The translations under genes were made by a program, and so were the position numbers. Source: Methanomassiliicoccaceae archaeon (GTDB lineage: Archaea > Thermoplasmatota > Thermoplasmata > Methanomassiliicoccales > Methanomassiliicoccaceae). From it: a stretch of 64,000 nucleotides of DNA. Below the pieces are notes generated by a model. The model was not told the DNA's origin and searched no databases. It saw only the letters and a program-made list of their open reading frames with translations. Below, one piece after another: positions 61,965 to 64,000 of the stretch. The DNA lies in contig CAVSJV010000004.1 in NCBI GenBank assembly GCA_963728405.1, positions 160,001 to 224,000 of the forward strand. The letters run 5' to 3'. Position 1 is the first letter of the stretch. Each line of letters begins with the position of its first letter.

Positions 61965-62074
61965 TGGTGCGAGGGGCCGGATTTGAACCGACGAACCTCT
62001 TCAGGAACAGATCTTGAGTCTGTCGCCTTTGGTCGATGAGAACTTCATCATTGACCTGGCTTGGCTACCCTCGC
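61965..62074 (-). tRNA. tRNA-Leu(CAA) with a 22-nt D-loop intron (62029-62050) and encoded CCA
   Basis: Acceptor GCGAGGG/CCCTCGC-ACCA, anticodon arm ACAGA-CTCAAGA-TCTGT, long variable arm, T-loop TTCAAAT; removing the intron gives an 88-nt canonical tRNA. Confidence 0.93.
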
Positions 62075-62097
62075 GTTGGGCTCTCGTAAATACTAAC

Positions 62098-62112
62098 TCC
62101 TTATAATAAGTG
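62098..62112 (-). promoter_or_regulatory. TATA box of tRNA-Leu
   Basis: CTTATTATAA on the minus strand about 26-35 nt upstream of the tRNA 5' end. Confidence 0.55.
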
Positions 62113-62326
62113 TCGCAGGGGAACATCTTTTTCTGCCCCTGAATTGGACCACTGCGAGAGCACATCCAAGCTCCTATCGTTGGATGAAGGCACTGTTGTG
62201 CGGTACTGATATGGGCATATGGTGCCCTCACGCCAACAATTCCCCCGTTGGAACAAAGGCGATGATCTCAAAAATGATTGGACGAGGCGGAGAGCTGGGT
62301 CGCGTCCGTGCGATTCTGCTCGAGGA

Positions 62327-62660
62327 TCAGTGGCAGCTGGGATTACGCTCGGACGAGGGCTGCAGGTCAAAGACCTTACGTAGCCAGACCTCGGCGTCAT
62401 TCCAGTCCAGGCAGACGATGTAGTCATCGCTCAGAGGTGTCTCCCGATCGATCTCGTAGGAATGCTCAGGAGCGGGGCTCTCATAGTGAAGGAGCGTAGA
62501 GGCGGAATGTCCCTCGGGCCGCCTTGTCCGCCTTGGGCGCCGATACTACCGAGGCGCCATAATCGTTGGGGAAACGATAGATCTTGTGGATGCGGTCCCC
62601 CTCCATACATCCGCACACGCATTTCGAATTAAGATCGACGGTAAACTCCTCGAAATCCAT
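62327..62660 (-). CDS. Hypothetical protein resembling a phage-associated family (frameshift near 62495)
   Basis: IYRFPNDYGASVV, then after the shift YEIDRETPLSDDYIVCLDWNDAEVWLRKVFDL. Confidence 0.6.
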
Positions 62661-62707
62661 TCTATCCCGTCCAATATCGCCAGGGCGATTAATGAACTGT
62701 TCCCCGC

Positions 62708-63667
62708 TCATGGTAGTATGAGAGAGCCGGCCACCCGTAGCTTCCCACCTTCCAGGTACATCAGCACCGCCCTAGATCCGGGGGGATGGACCACCGGTTT
62801 GTCCAGGGACAGAGTGATGGTCGGCTTCCTGAAGTCGCCAGAGTCATTCACGGATTCCACCCGTGCCCCCAGGAACTGCATCCAGTGGCCCAGATGGAGG
62901 ACCATGCCCACCTTCAGTGGCAGCTTCCAGAAGTTGACCAGCTCGGCCTGGGCGGTGACGGTGGTCTCGCTCTTGACTCTGGGGTCCTTGGTCAACACAT
63001 ACCCGCGGTCTAGCTGCTCGACGTCGATGTTCTTCAGCGCCAGCCCCACGCGATCCCCCATACTGGCGTCATTGAAGTCATCGTCGTGCTTCTGGATCGA
63101 CCGGACCAACGCGCTCTTGTTGGTGGGCAGGACCTTGAGGTCATCGTGGCGGTGGATCCTGCCATAGGCCACGTAACCTAGGATCACCACGCCCACACCC
63201 TTGACGTTGAAGAAGTGATCGATCGGTACCGCTCCGACGCTCTCGTCCTCCGCGACTGGAATGTTGCGGGCTTCGTCCAGCAGCATCTCCCTCAGGGCGA
63301 CCGGGTCTTCACCGATGTATTTGTAGGACTCCAGCACCGTCCCCTTGGTCAGAGGGGCAAGCTGCTCGGGCGTCAAGTAGTTGCGCAGCACGATGTATCC
63401 CTGCTTGATGTTGGCACACTGCAGCATGACCATGCTCTCCCCCAGCTGGGCGTTGATAGCATCGACAATGATCAACGCACGGTCGGCCATGGAGACGGCA
63501 TAGAAGAGGGGGGCCACGCGGTCGGGGTACTTGGTCGGCTCAATGAAGGTGACGGTGTCCGTGCCCAGTTTTAGATCGTACAGGGTGATGTCCGAGACGG
63601 TGCCCTTCTTACCCAGGTCCTTGGCGTAATCGTTCGGGCCGATGACCGCGACGTTAAGGTTGGCCAT
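62708..63667 (-). CDS. Archaeal SelB-like / EF-Tu domain II protein (aSelBL)
   Basis: LGKKGTVSDITLY, IDHFFNVKGVGVVILG, SIQKHD, GDRVGLALK; degenerate P-loop. Confidence 0.85.
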   Translation of the reverse strand: MANLNVAVIGPNDYAKDLGKKGTVSDITLYDLKLGTDTVTFIEPTKYPDRVAPLFYAVSMADRALIIVDAINAQLGESMVMLQCANIKQGYIVLRNYLTPEQLAPLTKGTVLESYKYIGEDPVALREMLLDEARNIPVAEDESVGAVPIDHFFNVKGVGVVILGYVAYGRIHRHDDLKVLPTNKSALVRSIQKHDDDFNDASMGDRVGLALKNIDVEQLDRGYVLTKDPRVKSETTVTAQAELVNFWKLPLKVGMVLHLGHWMQFLGARVESVNDSGDFRKPTITLSLDKPVVHPPGSRAVLMYLEGGKLRVAGSLILP

Positions 63668-63740
63668 GAGCTAAGGTAAAAAAGGCGGGGATAATAGGTT
63701 TGTGGTCGGAAAAGAAAAAGGGCAAGACCTGCCCGGCCCA

Positions 63741-64000
63741 TCATGTCCCGGTAGCCAGGGTCCCGCCGAACACCAGCCAGGCCAGCGCGGTCTTCGCAAA
63801 CAGGCTGAGCAGGATGTAGACGTACTCGCCGAACAGGTAGTCCTTCCACCGCCCCACCTTCCTGTACTGCAATATCATATTGAAGGCGAAGCTGAAGAAG
63901 AATATCGCGATGATCACGTATATCCAGTAGACAAAGTCGGGGACCCTGCCGCCCTGCCCGGAACCCCACAGGTAGATCGAGATGACCAGCCAGGGGATCA
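63741..64000 (-). CDS. heR: Heliorhodopsin, C-terminal part (5' end outside window; not in the ORF track)
   Basis: Hand translation IPW...VPDFVYWIY..FFFSFAFNMILQYRKVGRWKDYLFGEYVYILLSLFAKTALAWLVFGGTL with the SLxAK retinal-binding Lys. Confidence 0.9.
   Translation of the reverse strand, partial: IPWLVISIYLWGSGQGGRVPDFVYWIYVIIAIFFFSFAFNMILQYRKVGRWKDYLFGEYVYILLSLFAKTALAWLVFGGTLATGT

Noticed and set aside
62029-62051. C-box-like ATGATGA at the tRNA intron junction
   Set aside because: The intron is only 22 nt and has no D box (CTGA), so it cannot be a guide RNA like the tRNA-Trp intron.
62708-63667. Selenocysteine system implied by the SelB-like gene
   Set aside because: The degenerate GTPase domain fits aSelBL, which is common in non-Sec archaea; no in-frame TGA selenoproteins or sel genes were seen.
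189-63969. Numerous long antisense or alternative-frame ORFs (e.g. 9303-10145, 27610-28590, 54079-55089, 63571-63969)
   Set aside because: Shadow ORFs of well-supported genes, expected in GC-rich DNA; no motifs of their own.
1-64000. CRISPR arrays, rRNA genes, integrases/transposases, defence operons
   Set aside because: No regularly spaced repeats, rRNA signatures or recognisable protein motifs were seen by eye.

Overview
Chromosomal DNA from a fairly GC-rich methanogenic archaeon. The gene content (methanogenesis markers Mmp16 and Mmp4/MtxX, tetraether synthase, uL16/L10e, Dph2, TBP, Rpp21, mevalonate kinase) points to Thermoplasmatota, most likely Methanomassiliicoccales; that placement is an inference. 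Most genes are housekeeping: argGH, thiDN, thrS, leuA-C-D-B, queDCE, serS, tes-ferredoxin-GGR, mvk. The main features worth follow-up are: (i) a complete bacterial-type partner-switching module (5TM-LYT sensor/PP2C phosphatase, RsbW-like kinase, STAS protein) ending in a metallo-beta-lactamase-fold protein instead of a sigma factor; (ii) a coenzyme M biosynthesis cluster containing an uncharacterised ATPase + GTPase + Fe-S protein trio; (iii) a chimeric ThrRS; (iv) a tRNA-Leu(CAA) with a D-loop intron; (v) a heliorhodopsin cut by the window edge; (vi) several structured intergenic RNA candidates, including an orphan IS200/IS605-type end. Many genes carry 1-2 nt indels, probably long-read consensus errors. 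No rRNA, CRISPR array or intact transposase/integrase was seen. All family calls come from motif recognition by eye; no database searches were run.
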